Shown piece by piece: positions 23,442-32,857 of a stretch of 64,000 nucleotides of DNA. A program made the translations under genes and the position numbers. The stretch comes from a bacterium. GTDB taxonomy: Bacteria > Zhuqueibacterota > Zhuqueibacteria > Residuimicrobiales > Krinioviventaceae. The notes under the pieces are model-generated. The model was not told where the DNA came from. It did not search any database and worked only from the letters and a program-made list of their open reading frames with translations. The stretch spans positions 5,824,001-5,888,000 of the forward strand of contig OY843751.1 in NCBI GenBank assembly GCA_963693055.1, read 5' to 3'. Numbering within the stretch: position 1 is the stretch's first letter; every line of letters starts with the position of its first letter.

Positions 23442-24146
23442 TTACGCATTCAAATCAAAAAGTTGGCAGTTCCTATGGACAAGCATACGTGCCATCTCTC
23501 CCTCGTTGAACAGCAAATCAAGAACAGATAATGGAAAATAAAAATCCGGATATTGCTGAAAATAGTTTATCGGTTCTATAGAAAATTCGTTAAGTGTGAC
23601 CCCCTTTTTCCGCAGCCATTCCAGATCAAGCAGTTTTTTTTCAAAGGATTCGATTATAAACGTATTGCAGCCAGCATGTTTACACCAGGCAACAATGCGC
23701 TCATTACGATCTGATATTATGGGCAGTCCTGCGGAATCAACAATCTCTGTCTCAATTTTAAGCCAGGAAGAGATTAATTCCAGCCCTTGTTTCAGAAAAG
23801 GATTGAGAGCGTCCGGTGGTTTTTGAAGCATCTCCATTAATGCGTCACAATAGTAATAATAATAAGCGGAATTTTTGTAATTCAGCTCGAGTGAACGACG
23901 ATGCCGCTGCTGCCAGTCTTCATGATTGTCGATCAACACATCTGCTATGGGTGTTTTGATCCCGGGGGACAACACCGGTATGGTTAACCACTTGGGGCCG
24001 GCTATGGTTTTGATACGTGTGCGGTTGATGTTGCCATGTTTATGAAAATAAAACGGGTCCGCCCAAATCACTTTATCCGTTGACAATAGCTTACCAATTT
24101 GGTCTATAGAGTGAAAATACGAGGGTTGTAATACAGTTAATTTCAA
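23442..24146 (-). CDS. WbqC-family protein
   Basis: QPSYF, NRTRIKT..G..WLTIPV, Y.Q....F...LSVLDLLFNEG. Confidence 0.88.
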   Translation of the reverse strand: MKLTVLQPSYFHSIDQIGKLLSTDKVIWADPFYFHKHGNINRTRIKTIAGPKWLTIPVLSPGIKTPIADVLIDNHEDWQQRHRRSLELNYKNSAYYYYYCDALMEMLQKPPDALNPFLKQGLELISSWLKIETEIVDSAGLPIISDRNERIVAWCKHAGCNTFIIESFEKKLLDLEWLRKKGVTLNEFSIEPINYFQQYPDFYFPLSVLDLLFNEGEMARMLVHRNCQLFDLNA

Positions 24147-24158
24147 GATACCGGCTTT

Positions 24159-25283
24159 TTAAAAAGATTCGTATAATGATAATAATGTGGCAGCATCCAG
24201 TTCCCAGTTGTATGTGGATTTACAATAGGCTCTTCCCTGCTCTCCCATCTCAATCAATCTTGCAGGATCATCCAATAATGATGCTGCTGCTTGTGCATAG
24301 GCTTTAATATCATCAGAACCGACTACCAATCCGCTTTGAGATTCACCGAATATCCTAACCAGGCTAGGCAGGTTACTGGCAATTACCGGTAACGCGCAAG
24401 CCATATACTCGAACACTTTATTTGGAAAGATCATCCGCAGCATCTGCTGGTTCTTTTGCCAGGGAATAAGACCGATTTTGGATTGTGCCAGGTATTCCGG
24501 CACCTCTTCGTGAGGAACAAAATTAATGTGCTCTATAACAGAATCCAGATTCTTTTCCTGAATATAGGCTTTGGTCTCGGTTTCAACATGAGGTTCGTTA
24601 AATGGTCCCAACAGTAACAGTTTTACATCGGGATGGGTTTTATGCAGCTCTGCCATCATATCCACCAACACCCTGGCACCCCGAACGATTGTAAGGCCAC
24701 CCAGATAAATTAACCGATTTTGTCGGGGCAAATTTTTTGCAAGAGCTTTATCAAATTGGTCCAGTTTGGGCAGGTTGCGCACCATAATAGTTTTACAGCC
24801 CTTGTCGTCAAATCTTTTTTGCTGGTCAGGTACAACGCATACCACCGCATCCAATTTCTTTGCCATGGCCGGCTCAATAAATGCAATAAAGCGGGAAAGC
24901 AGGGGCTTTAACCAGTTGGGATACCAAACCCGCTCATACACCGCTTCGGGAAAATTCTCATGACAATCATAGATCACCCTTTTACGGGTAATCCATTTCA
25001 AAAAAACACCAACGGGCAGCAATTCAAAATCATGAAAATGATAAACATCCGCTTTCTCTTTGAGGCAAAGAGATGCAAACCGGAACACATTCAACAGTCT
25101 AAAGAAACGGTTCGATGGTCGCTTTACACCCTTGACTAAAACTCCAAAACGCTCTTCTCTTTCAAAATCGGCATGGGCCAGCAGCGTTACCTCGTGCCCG
25201 CCTTTTGCAAGTGAACATGCCTGTTTATGGAATACCCGCACATCAAAGGGACGGTGAACGGTTGTAAATACACAAACCTTCAT
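24159..25283 (-). CDS. GT4-family glycosyltransferase
   Basis: TTVHRPFDVRVF.K, YDCHE, PNKVFEYMACALPVIAS. Confidence 0.92.
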   Translation of the reverse strand: MKVCVFTTVHRPFDVRVFHKQACSLAKGGHEVTLLAHADFEREERFGVLVKGVKRPSNRFFRLLNVFRFASLCLKEKADVYHFHDFELLPVGVFLKWITRKRVIYDCHENFPEAVYERVWYPNWLKPLLSRFIAFIEPAMAKKLDAVVCVVPDQQKRFDDKGCKTIMVRNLPKLDQFDKALAKNLPRQNRLIYLGGLTIVRGARVLVDMMAELHKTHPDVKLLLLGPFNEPHVETETKAYIQEKNLDSVIEHINFVPHEEVPEYLAQSKIGLIPWQKNQQMLRMIFPNKVFEYMACALPVIASNLPSLVRIFGESQSGLVVGSDDIKAYAQAAASLLDDPARLIEMGEQGRAYCKSTYNWELDAATLLSLYESF

Positions 25284-25287
25284 AAAA

Positions 25288-27453
25288 TTAGTCCATCACC
25301 ATGCTGAGACCAATACGTCCGCGCTCTCTGTCAATGGTTATAACCTTGACTTCAACAATGTCTCCTACCTTGACAATATCCAACGGATTTTTCACAAACT
25401 GTTTGGCCATGCGGCTGAGGTGTACCAAACCATCCTGTTTTACACCAATGTCCACAAACGCTCCAAAATCCACAACATTGCGCACAGTGCCTTTTAATAC
25501 CATGCCTTCGGACAAATCGTCCATACTCAACACATCGTTACGCAGAATGGGTTTCGGCATATCGTCACGGGGATCGCGATTGGGTTTTTCGAGACTGTCA
25601 ATAATATCGCTCAATGTTTCAGGCCCGCAGCCACACACATCGGCAAGATCTCTGATGGATTTTTTAGAAGATTTCATTTTCAGTTTAATGACCTGACCAT
25701 CAGAACGAATGGATTCTACAGGTACCTGCAATTCAAAAAGCAACTTTTCCGTTGCAGGATATGATTCAGGGTGAACAGCAGTGCGATCAAAAAACACATC
25801 ACTTTCAGGAATACGCAAAAATCCCGCCGACTGCACAAAGGCATTGTCTCCCAAACCCTTAACTTTTTTCAGTTCAATACGACTGTGAAACCTGCCGTTT
25901 TCTTCACGGTATTTAACAATATTCTCTGCTACACGGCTGTTTACACCGGCAACATATTTCAAAAGCGATGCAGATGCGGTATTGAGATCTACACCCACCT
26001 GATTCACTGCAGATTCAACTACCTGGTCTAACGCTTCCGAAAGGTGGCCCTGGTTCACATCATGCTGATAGAGTCCTACGCCAATAGATTTGGGATCAAT
26101 TTTCACCAATTCAGACATGGGATCAAGCAACCGACGCGCTATTGAGATATTCCCGCGCATGGATGCTTCCAGCTCGGGGAACTCTTTTTTCGCTACCGGA
26201 GATGCAGAGTAAACAGATGCGCCCGCTTCATTTACAATGGTGTAATATACTTCACCGTCCATTTCGCCAATCAGCTCTGCTGCCAATTTTTCTGTCTCAC
26301 GGCTGGCAGTACCGTTACCAATAGCTACAATATCCGCATGGTATTTTTCAATCATCGTTCTAACGGTATCTTTGGCTTGCATCCAGCGGTTTTGTGGTGG
26401 ATGGGGATAAATGGTTTCGCCTTCCAGGTACTTGCCGGTACCATCAATAACCGCTACTTTACATCCGGTACGGTAACCGGGATCAATACCCACAATCATC
26501 TTGTCTCGCAGGGGTGGTGTCATGAGCAGGGCTTTCAGGTTGCGTGCGAAAACTGCAATAGCGTGCTCATCTGCTTTTTCTGTCAACGCAGCGCGCACTT
26601 CGCGCTCGATTGCCGGAGAAATGAGTCTGCCGTAAGCATCAGCAATAGCGGTTTTAAGATCATCGGTAAAGATGCTTTTAGGATTGCTGACAAAAGCCTG
26701 TTCAATCTCGTAGATCATTTCACTTTCGTTCACCTCTACTTCGACTCGCAGAAAACTTTCCCGCTCTCCACGGTTAATTGCCAACACACGATATTCGGGA
26801 ATGGATTTGACCGGCTCAGAAAACTCTTTATATACATCATAATCACCAACATCACTGGCATTACGTGCTTCGGAGGCAAGTATGCCTTTATCAAAGGTGC
26901 GCTCACGGATCGTCTTGCGGACCTCGGCATTATCCGAAATGGTTTCGGCAACAATATCGCGTGCACCTTGCAGCGCGTCATCCGCTGACGCCACCTCTTT
27001 TTCTTCATTAATAAATTCAGCGGCATATTCATCAGGTGTGCCGGTTGTGGTTTCCTGTTTCAGGATCAACTCTGCAAGCGGTTCAAGTCCCTTTTCTTTG
27101 GCTATGGTGGCCCGTGTACGGCGTTTGGGTTTATAAGGCAGGTACAGGTCTTCAACTTCCTGTAGTTTTTCAGCAGCATTAATTTTGTCCGCCAGCTCGG
27201 GGGTCAGCTTGCCTTGCTCTTCAATGCTTTTCAGCACGGTCTGTTTACGTTCTTCCAGATTGCGCAAATAGCGAATACGGTCCCACACATCCCGAATCTG
27301 TTCTTCATCCAGACTGCCGGTCACCTCTTTACGGTAACGGGCGATAAAGGGCACGGTATTGTCATTGTCCAGCAGGTCTACGGTATTACGGACCTGGTTT
27401 ACGGATATATTGAGCTCTTGCGCAATGAGCGCAAACATTTGTTTCTCGTCCAC
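25288..27453 (-). CDS. tex: Tex-family transcription accessory protein with S1 domain
   Basis: TVPFIARYRKE.TG, GIDPGYRTGCK, IGVGLYQHD, C-terminal S1 (NVVDFGAFVDIG). Confidence 0.97.
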   Translation of the reverse strand: MDEKQMFALIAQELNISVNQVRNTVDLLDNDNTVPFIARYRKEVTGSLDEEQIRDVWDRIRYLRNLEERKQTVLKSIEEQGKLTPELADKINAAEKLQEVEDLYLPYKPKRRTRATIAKEKGLEPLAELILKQETTTGTPDEYAAEFINEEKEVASADDALQGARDIVAETISDNAEVRKTIRERTFDKGILASEARNASDVGDYDVYKEFSEPVKSIPEYRVLAINRGERESFLRVEVEVNESEMIYEIEQAFVSNPKSIFTDDLKTAIADAYGRLISPAIEREVRAALTEKADEHAIAVFARNLKALLMTPPLRDKMIVGIDPGYRTGCKVAVIDGTGKYLEGETIYPHPPQNRWMQAKDTVRTMIEKYHADIVAIGNGTASRETEKLAAELIGEMDGEVYYTIVNEAGASVYSASPVAKKEFPELEASMRGNISIARRLLDPMSELVKIDPKSIGVGLYQHDVNQGHLSEALDQVVESAVNQVGVDLNTASASLLKYVAGVNSRVAENIVKYREENGRFHSRIELKKVKGLGDNAFVQSAGFLRIPESDVFFDRTAVHPESYPATEKLLFELQVPVESIRSDGQVIKLKMKSSKKSIRDLADVCGCGPETLSDIIDSLEKPNRDPRDDMPKPILRNDVLSMDDLSEGMVLKGTVRNVVDFGAFVDIGVKQDGLVHLSRMAKQFVKNPLDIVKVGDIVEVKVITIDRERGRIGLSMVMD

Positions 27454-27858
27454 GGGTGTTTCCTCCGGTAAATCAGTTTACATAGAATTGCGGCTGTAAA
27501 TATACGTTGATTGTGGGGCAAAATCAAGGATTTTAAGGAAGGGCTTTAATCGTGGGGGAAGAAAACAAGATAAACCAAACGTGAGCGTCTAATACAAAAT
27601 GGAAAAACACCAAGTTGTGAGCTCGGTGCCGTTGTGAGAGTTGTTGTAACTTGTTAATAAGAAGATTAAAAATCTCAAAGGCACCAAAGCACAGGGAAAA
27701 CGTTAAATTAATAAAACTCGTATTACCAAGCCACATTAAAAGCTCACCTAAATATAATAATTCCCAAAATTCCTGTTGTACAATAACAAAGAATCTCCTA
27801 TTTTAAATTATATTGAACTTTTTATCCATCTGATCATTTTGAAAAGGATACTTTATAC

Positions 27859-30024
27859 ATGCCCGCACAGTTGTCCGATTTGATGAGAAAAAACAAAAAG
27901 GATCATACCAACACCCATGTGAAAAAATTCGGTACCTTTAGCGGTGTTTTCACTCCCGATGTGTTGACAATCCTTGGCGTTATTATGTACCTGCGCCTGG
28001 GATGGGTAGTAGGTAACGCAGGTTTTCTGGGAGCTGTTGCTATTATTCTACTTGCCAAAACCGTAACAATCTGTACGGGTCTCTCTATGGCGTCTATCAC
28101 CACCAACATCAAAATCGGTGCCGGTGGAGCATATTCTATAATTTCAAAATCATTGGGTCTTGAAGCCGGTGGCAGCATTGGCATCCCCCTGTATATCGCA
28201 CAAACCCTGTCCGCGGCATTGTACATTATCGGTTTTACAGAAGCCTGGCTCTTGATCTTTCCTACACATCCCCCTGTATTGATCTCCAGTCTGGCATGGA
28301 TTTGCTTGATCACAATCTCGTATATCAGCGCGCATTTTGCAATCCGGGTCCAATACCTGATCATGCTGATTATGGGACTATCGTTATTATCATTTTTTGC
28401 AACTCCAGCAGCACCGGTCTCCAGCTCCGTTCTCATTGGCAGTTTCAAAGATGCCAGTTTCTGGCAGGTATTTGCAATATTCTTTCCGGCTGTTACGGGT
28501 ATTATGGCCGGTGCAAACATGTCCGGCGATCTTGAACAACCCCGGAGATCAATCCCACTCGGCACCATCAGCTCTATTTTGGTTACAATGGTGGTCTATA
28601 TTGGCATTGCCTACGTATTGAGCCGTATTGCCACAGTTGAAGAACTGCGCAGCAATCAGATGATTATGGTAGAAAAGGCCTTTTGGGGTCCCATGGTTAT
28701 AGCCGGTATTATGGGAGCCACCTTGTCTTCGGCCCTGGGCAGTATGATTGGCGCCCCGCGGGTTATGCAGGCCCTGGCAGAACAAAAAACACTGCCATTT
28801 CATTCGTTCTTTGCCGTTAAATCCAAAACCAATGAACCCCGCAATGCAATTATTTTTACCGGAATTATTATAGAAACAGCCCTGATCTTTGGTAACCTGG
28901 ACTTTTTAGCATCTCTCATTACCATGTTTTTTCTCATCACCTATGGTATGATCAACCTGGTGGTCTTTATTGAACAGAGTATGAAAATCATCAGCTTTCG
29001 GCCTACGTTCAAAATTCCCCGCTTTGTATCCTTTTTCGGAGCAGTTAGTTGCGTGGTTATCATGTTTCTAATAGACCCTGTTTTCAGCTTAATCGCAATT
29101 ATTACAATCGTTGCTTTGTATGTATGGCTGACAAAAATTGAGCTCAAAGCAGACTGGGGCGATATTCGCGGCGGTTTGTTTCTGGTACTTGCAGAACGGG
29201 CATCCCGGTTGTCTGCCAAATATCCGCGTCATCAGATTACCTGGAAGCCAGATTTTTTACTGCCCATTGAAAATCCGGAATTGTGGTCTGGCTCTCTCTT
29301 GTTCATCCGCAACATAATTTATCCTTCAGGCAGCATTTTTGCCTTTAGCGTCAAAGACAACAATACCGATCAGTCCCAATCCGCGTTAAAAGAACTGCTT
29401 GCTCCCATAGAAGACCAGGGTGTGCTTGTAAACTCGGTGGTACTTGAGGACAATGATTTTATTCATGGTGCGAAACTGGTTATTCAGACCTTAAAGGGCA
29501 GCTCCTTTCGGCCCAACATCCTGTTTTTAACCATTGGAGACGATAACCGTAAAGACAATATAATTGAGCAACTGGTTAATCAGGCAGAGAAATATATTCT
29601 GGGTGTTGTTATTCTGAGACAGCATCCGCGTACTGCATTTGGAATGCAGCAGAATATTAACCTCTGGCTGCGGGATAAAAGTCCAAACTGGCACCTGGCT
29701 ATGCTCATAACGCTACAATTACAAATGAACTGGGAAGGAAAGATCAATCTGATTACCGTTACGGAAAATCTAAAAGAAGAAAAACGATTACAGGAATTTC
29801 TGCAAAATCTGAACGATCAGGTGCGCTTACCCTCCATGACCGATTTCTATGTACTGCCCGGTCCATTTACAGAGGCACTGAAAACCGCTCCCCGCGGTGA
29901 TATCAATATTTTTGGTCTGGCAGAAAACACAAAATCTTTTGAGTTTATCAGACAAATTGAAGAGACAACTCGCTCCTCCTGTATTTTCGTCAAAGACTCG
30001 GGACAGGAAAATGCACTGGTTTAA
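27859..30024 (+). CDS. Cation-chloride cotransporter (SLC12/CCC-like) APC-superfamily permease with C-terminal soluble domain
   Basis: FGTFSGVFTP..LTILGVIMYLRLGWVVG, GGAY..IS.SLG, FFPAVTGIMAGANMSGDL, FRPTF, WKP; about 250-aa cytoplasmic tail. Confidence 0.88.
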   Translation: MPAQLSDLMRKNKKDHTNTHVKKFGTFSGVFTPDVLTILGVIMYLRLGWVVGNAGFLGAVAIILLAKTVTICTGLSMASITTNIKIGAGGAYSIISKSLGLEAGGSIGIPLYIAQTLSAALYIIGFTEAWLLIFPTHPPVLISSLAWICLITISYISAHFAIRVQYLIMLIMGLSLLSFFATPAAPVSSSVLIGSFKDASFWQVFAIFFPAVTGIMAGANMSGDLEQPRRSIPLGTISSILVTMVVYIGIAYVLSRIATVEELRSNQMIMVEKAFWGPMVIAGIMGATLSSALGSMIGAPRVMQALAEQKTLPFHSFFAVKSKTNEPRNAIIFTGIIIETALIFGNLDFLASLITMFFLITYGMINLVVFIEQSMKIISFRPTFKIPRFVSFFGAVSCVVIMFLIDPVFSLIAIITIVALYVWLTKIELKADWGDIRGGLFLVLAERASRLSAKYPRHQITWKPDFLLPIENPELWSGSLLFIRNIIYPSGSIFAFSVKDNNTDQSQSALKELLAPIEDQGVLVNSVVLEDNDFIHGAKLVIQTLKGSSFRPNILFLTIGDDNRKDNIIEQLVNQAEKYILGVVILRQHPRTAFGMQQNINLWLRDKSPNWHLAMLITLQLQMNWEGKINLITVTENLKEEKRLQEFLQNLNDQVRLPSMTDFYVLPGPFTEALKTAPRGDINIFGLAENTKSFEFIRQIEETTRSSCIFVKDSGQENALV

Positions 30025-30124
30025 GACATGGTGTATCAAGTATATTATTGTAATTTACCAGAGTTTAGTGTTTTAATTCCCTAACAGATATTTTTACAGA
30101 TTGTTTTCTTAACTTATCTCATTA

Positions 30125-30152
30125 TAGGGATGGGTCTTAGACCCATCCCTAC
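30125..30152. repeat. REP-like palindrome (GTAG-led on the minus strand)
   Basis: TAGGGATGGGTCT-T-AGACCCATCCCTA-C: perfect 13-bp arms. Confidence 0.6.
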
Positions 30153-30271
30153 ATAACCTGATATTTAAATATCCACCCTCCCAAAGTTTTGGAACCTTTG
30201 AAGGGATTATATTTTAATGCCCTTTATCCGTGGCGATCTGTGAATCCGTGCCTCCGTGAGAGTATTATTAT

Positions 30272-32101
30272 TTAACCCAGTTCCTTGTCCAGATTATAAG
30301 CCGTGCTGATCAACGACAGATGGGTAAATGCCTGTGGAAAATTGCCCAAGGCTTCACCGCTGTGACCCAATTCCTCAGAATAAAGTCCCAGGTGATTGGA
30401 ATAGGTAAGGGCTTTATTGAACATAAATCGGGCCTGGTTCAGCATATTCTTGTTGTACCGTCCCGCCCGGGTCAGGGCTTCTATTAACCAAAACGAACAA
30501 ATGTTGAATGTGCCTTCATCTCCATCCATACCATCATGGGTCTCGTCTACATCGTAACGATACACCAGACTGTCAGATACCAATCCTCCCTGCTCGGGAC
30601 TTTTATGTATTGCCTGGATGGTTTTCAACATGCGGGGATCCGTAGGAGACATGAAAAATACCAACGGCATGATCAAATTGGAAGCATCCAAAGATTGACT
30701 GCCAACATACTGGATAAATGCATTGCGTTTATCACTCCATCCTTTTGACAATATGGTCTGATAAATGCGGTTACGGGTTTTTAACCAGCGGTCCAGATCG
30801 GCAGGAAAAGAACGTTTCTGAGCCAAACGGATGCCCCGGTCCAGAGCAACCCAGCACATGAGCATGGAATAAGTAAAGCGCTGTTTTCCCCCTCTGACCT
30901 CCCAAATGCCTTCATCTTTTTCGGTCCAGTGATCACAAACATAATTGAGCATTCTTACAATATAGGTCCACAGGTCATAGCTAATAGGTCTGCCATATTT
31001 ATTGAACAGATATATTGTATCCAACAGCTCCCCATAGATATCCAATTGCAGTTGGTCATATGCAGCATTGCCAACACGGACAGGAAATGAATTGCGGTAT
31101 CCTTTTAAATGCGATAATAAATGTTCATCCAGACGATGTTCCCCCCGAATACTGTACACTATTTGCAGTGATCCGTCGTCATTCATTTCTTCGCAACGCT
31201 TTTCAAGCCAATCCATAAAGTGTGATGCTTCTTCCGTATACCCAATGCGCATCAATGCATACAGGGTAAACGCAGAATCCCGAATCCATGTATATCGATA
31301 GTCCCAGTTCCGCTCACCACCCAGAGACTCGGGCAGACTGGTGGTAGGTGCTGCCACAATAGCCCCGGTGGGCTGGTATGTCAACAGCTTTAACACCAAT
31401 GCGGACCGGTTCACCATTTCACGCCATCTTCCTTTATAGGTACTTTTGCTGATCCATTGCTGCCAAAAGTTGATTGTATCCACTTGTAGTTGATCGGTTT
31501 CTTTGAGTAATGAGTCAGGTTTTTCCGGCAAATCAGGACTGTTCATCATGAATATAAAATCTGCTGTCTCTCCTTCACCCAAGGTAAAATCCGACACAAT
31601 TGCACCCTCATGCTGTTTCATATCAACCTGTGTCAGTAATGTCATATCTAATGAATTGGACCTGAATATTGCCCGTTGATTGTAAAATTCTAGGGTGTGA
31701 TCATCGCGAGCGTAATTAAAGGCAGGTTTACATGACAAGTGAAAACGCATATTCCCTCGAACCACCTTGACCTTGCGTACCAATTTATGATGCAATTCCT
31801 GTCGTGTACTGGTAAAAGAAACCGGCATAAAATCGATAATCTCTGCAACGCCTTCAGGAGCCAAAAACCGGGTTACCAGCACATTTGTATCCGGCCAGTA
31901 AAACTGTTTTAACGTTACATTGTCTTTTACAGGCGCAATTTTAAAAGAACCGCCCTTTTCATCATCAAGAATAGATGCAAAAACACTGGGTGAATCAAAA
32001 TCCGGAAAACAAAACCAATCCACAGATCCGTTTTTACCAATTAATGCAACTGTGTGCAAGTCTCCAACAATACCATAATCTTCAATGGGTTGATAAGCGA
32101 T
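30272..32101 (-). CDS. Glycoside hydrolase family 15 (trehalase/glucoamylase-like)
   Basis: [47 protein letters not shown]. The family-typical N-terminus ([13 protein letters not shown]) extends to an in-frame ATC at 32101, behind AGGAGG. Confidence 0.93.
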   Translation of the reverse strand: MAYQPIEDYGIVGDLHTVALIGKNGSVDWFCFPDFDSPSVFASILDDEKGGSFKIAPVKDNVTLKQFYWPDTNVLVTRFLAPEGVAEIIDFMPVSFTSTRQELHHKLVRKVKVVRGNMRFHLSCKPAFNYARDDHTLEFYNQRAIFRSNSLDMTLLTQVDMKQHEGAIVSDFTLGEGETADFIFMMNSPDLPEKPDSLLKETDQLQVDTINFWQQWISKSTYKGRWREMVNRSALVLKLLTYQPTGAIVAAPTTSLPESLGGERNWDYRYTWIRDSAFTLYALMRIGYTEEASHFMDWLEKRCEEMNDDGSLQIVYSIRGEHRLDEHLLSHLKGYRNSFPVRVGNAAYDQLQLDIYGELLDTIYLFNKYGRPISYDLWTYIVRMLNYVCDHWTEKDEGIWEVRGGKQRFTYSMLMCWVALDRGIRLAQKRSFPADLDRWLKTRNRIYQTILSKGWSDKRNAFIQYVGSQSLDASNLIMPLVFFMSPTDPRMLKTIQAIHKSPEQGGLVSDSLVYRYDVDETHDGMDGDEGTFNICSFWLIEALTRAGRYNKNMLNQARFMFNKALTYSNHLGLYSEELGHSGEALGNFPQAFTHLSLISTAYNLDKELG

Positions 32102-32196
32102 AACTGGGTCCTCCTAGATATAAAAAATCCGTTCTGCTATAATAACAGTAACAGATTATACCCCTATTTCATAAACTGTGTAAATTTAAGTAAAAT

Positions 32197-32847
32197 TTAT
32201 AAAGACTTTTTTTGAGATGAAATATCACGAATGATTTCTTCAAATCGTGAAAAATATTTGGCCACATGCAGAGCATCCATTAGTGCATGATGCACCTCAA
32301 CAGAGACAGGCATCTTCCAGACACCATCCTGCTGAAAATACTTGCCAAAAACAATCTTGGGGATAGAGTCACCGCTTCTGAACTTGCGGGCATGAGAGAT
32401 GCTGGTAAAACGGATCCAAGGCACAACCGAATAATGGATGAGATCATCCTGCTCTACCCGGGGATTCAAGGATTCTTTTTTTTCTGTAAATTCTTGCAGA
32501 ATTTTTAAAGACTGTTCTGAAAACGTTCTAAAATCCGGGTCCCAGGGGAAATAACAAAATCCAAAAGTCTTATCCTTGTAAAGTACTGTTGATCCGGCAT
32601 GGATCACATCATAAACAATGACCTTGTCTTCTTTGAGACGATAGCGAAACGCTTCCACCTCGTTCACAGCACGGGTGGAAGCATACAATGACGCTATAAA
32701 AAAAGATGATTTCATTTGTTTCGACATCTGCACCAAAGGAGTTACATCAATATCGGCGCAGATGTTGAAAAACGGTAAATCAAAATCCTTAAAAAAATAA
32801 TACTGGTCTTTACGCGGCCAGCTTTGTATATCGATTTCTGTATACAT
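32197..32847 (-). CDS. CatA-like (chloramphenicol) O-acetyltransferase
   Basis: W.RK..Y.FF, S.VPWI.FTS, PKIVFGK, MPVSVEVHHALMD. Confidence 0.85.
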   Translation of the reverse strand: MYTEIDIQSWPRKDQYYFFKDFDLPFFNICADIDVTPLVQMSKQMKSSFFIASLYASTRAVNEVEAFRYRLKEDKVIVYDVIHAGSTVLYKDKTFGFCYFPWDPDFRTFSEQSLKILQEFTEKKESLNPRVEQDDLIHYSVVPWIRFTSISHARKFRSGDSIPKIVFGKYFQQDGVWKMPVSVEVHHALMDALHVAKYFSRFEEIIRDISSQKKSL

Positions 32848-32857
32848 ACAACCTTTT

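Noticed and set aside
26338-26988. Long antisense ORFs (also 27903-28568, 33131-33697, 40127-40771, 42801-43415)
   Set aside because: They lie opposite well-supported genes and show no recognisable motifs; treated as shadow ORFs
27454-27858. Riboswitch (e.g. c-di-AMP) or small ORF 27533-27736 upstream of the CCC transporter
   Set aside because: Only short GTTGTGAG repeats and a GGTGCC/GGCACC pair were seen; conserved riboswitch segments are not in the expected order and the ORF has no recognisable features. An Rfam scan would settle it
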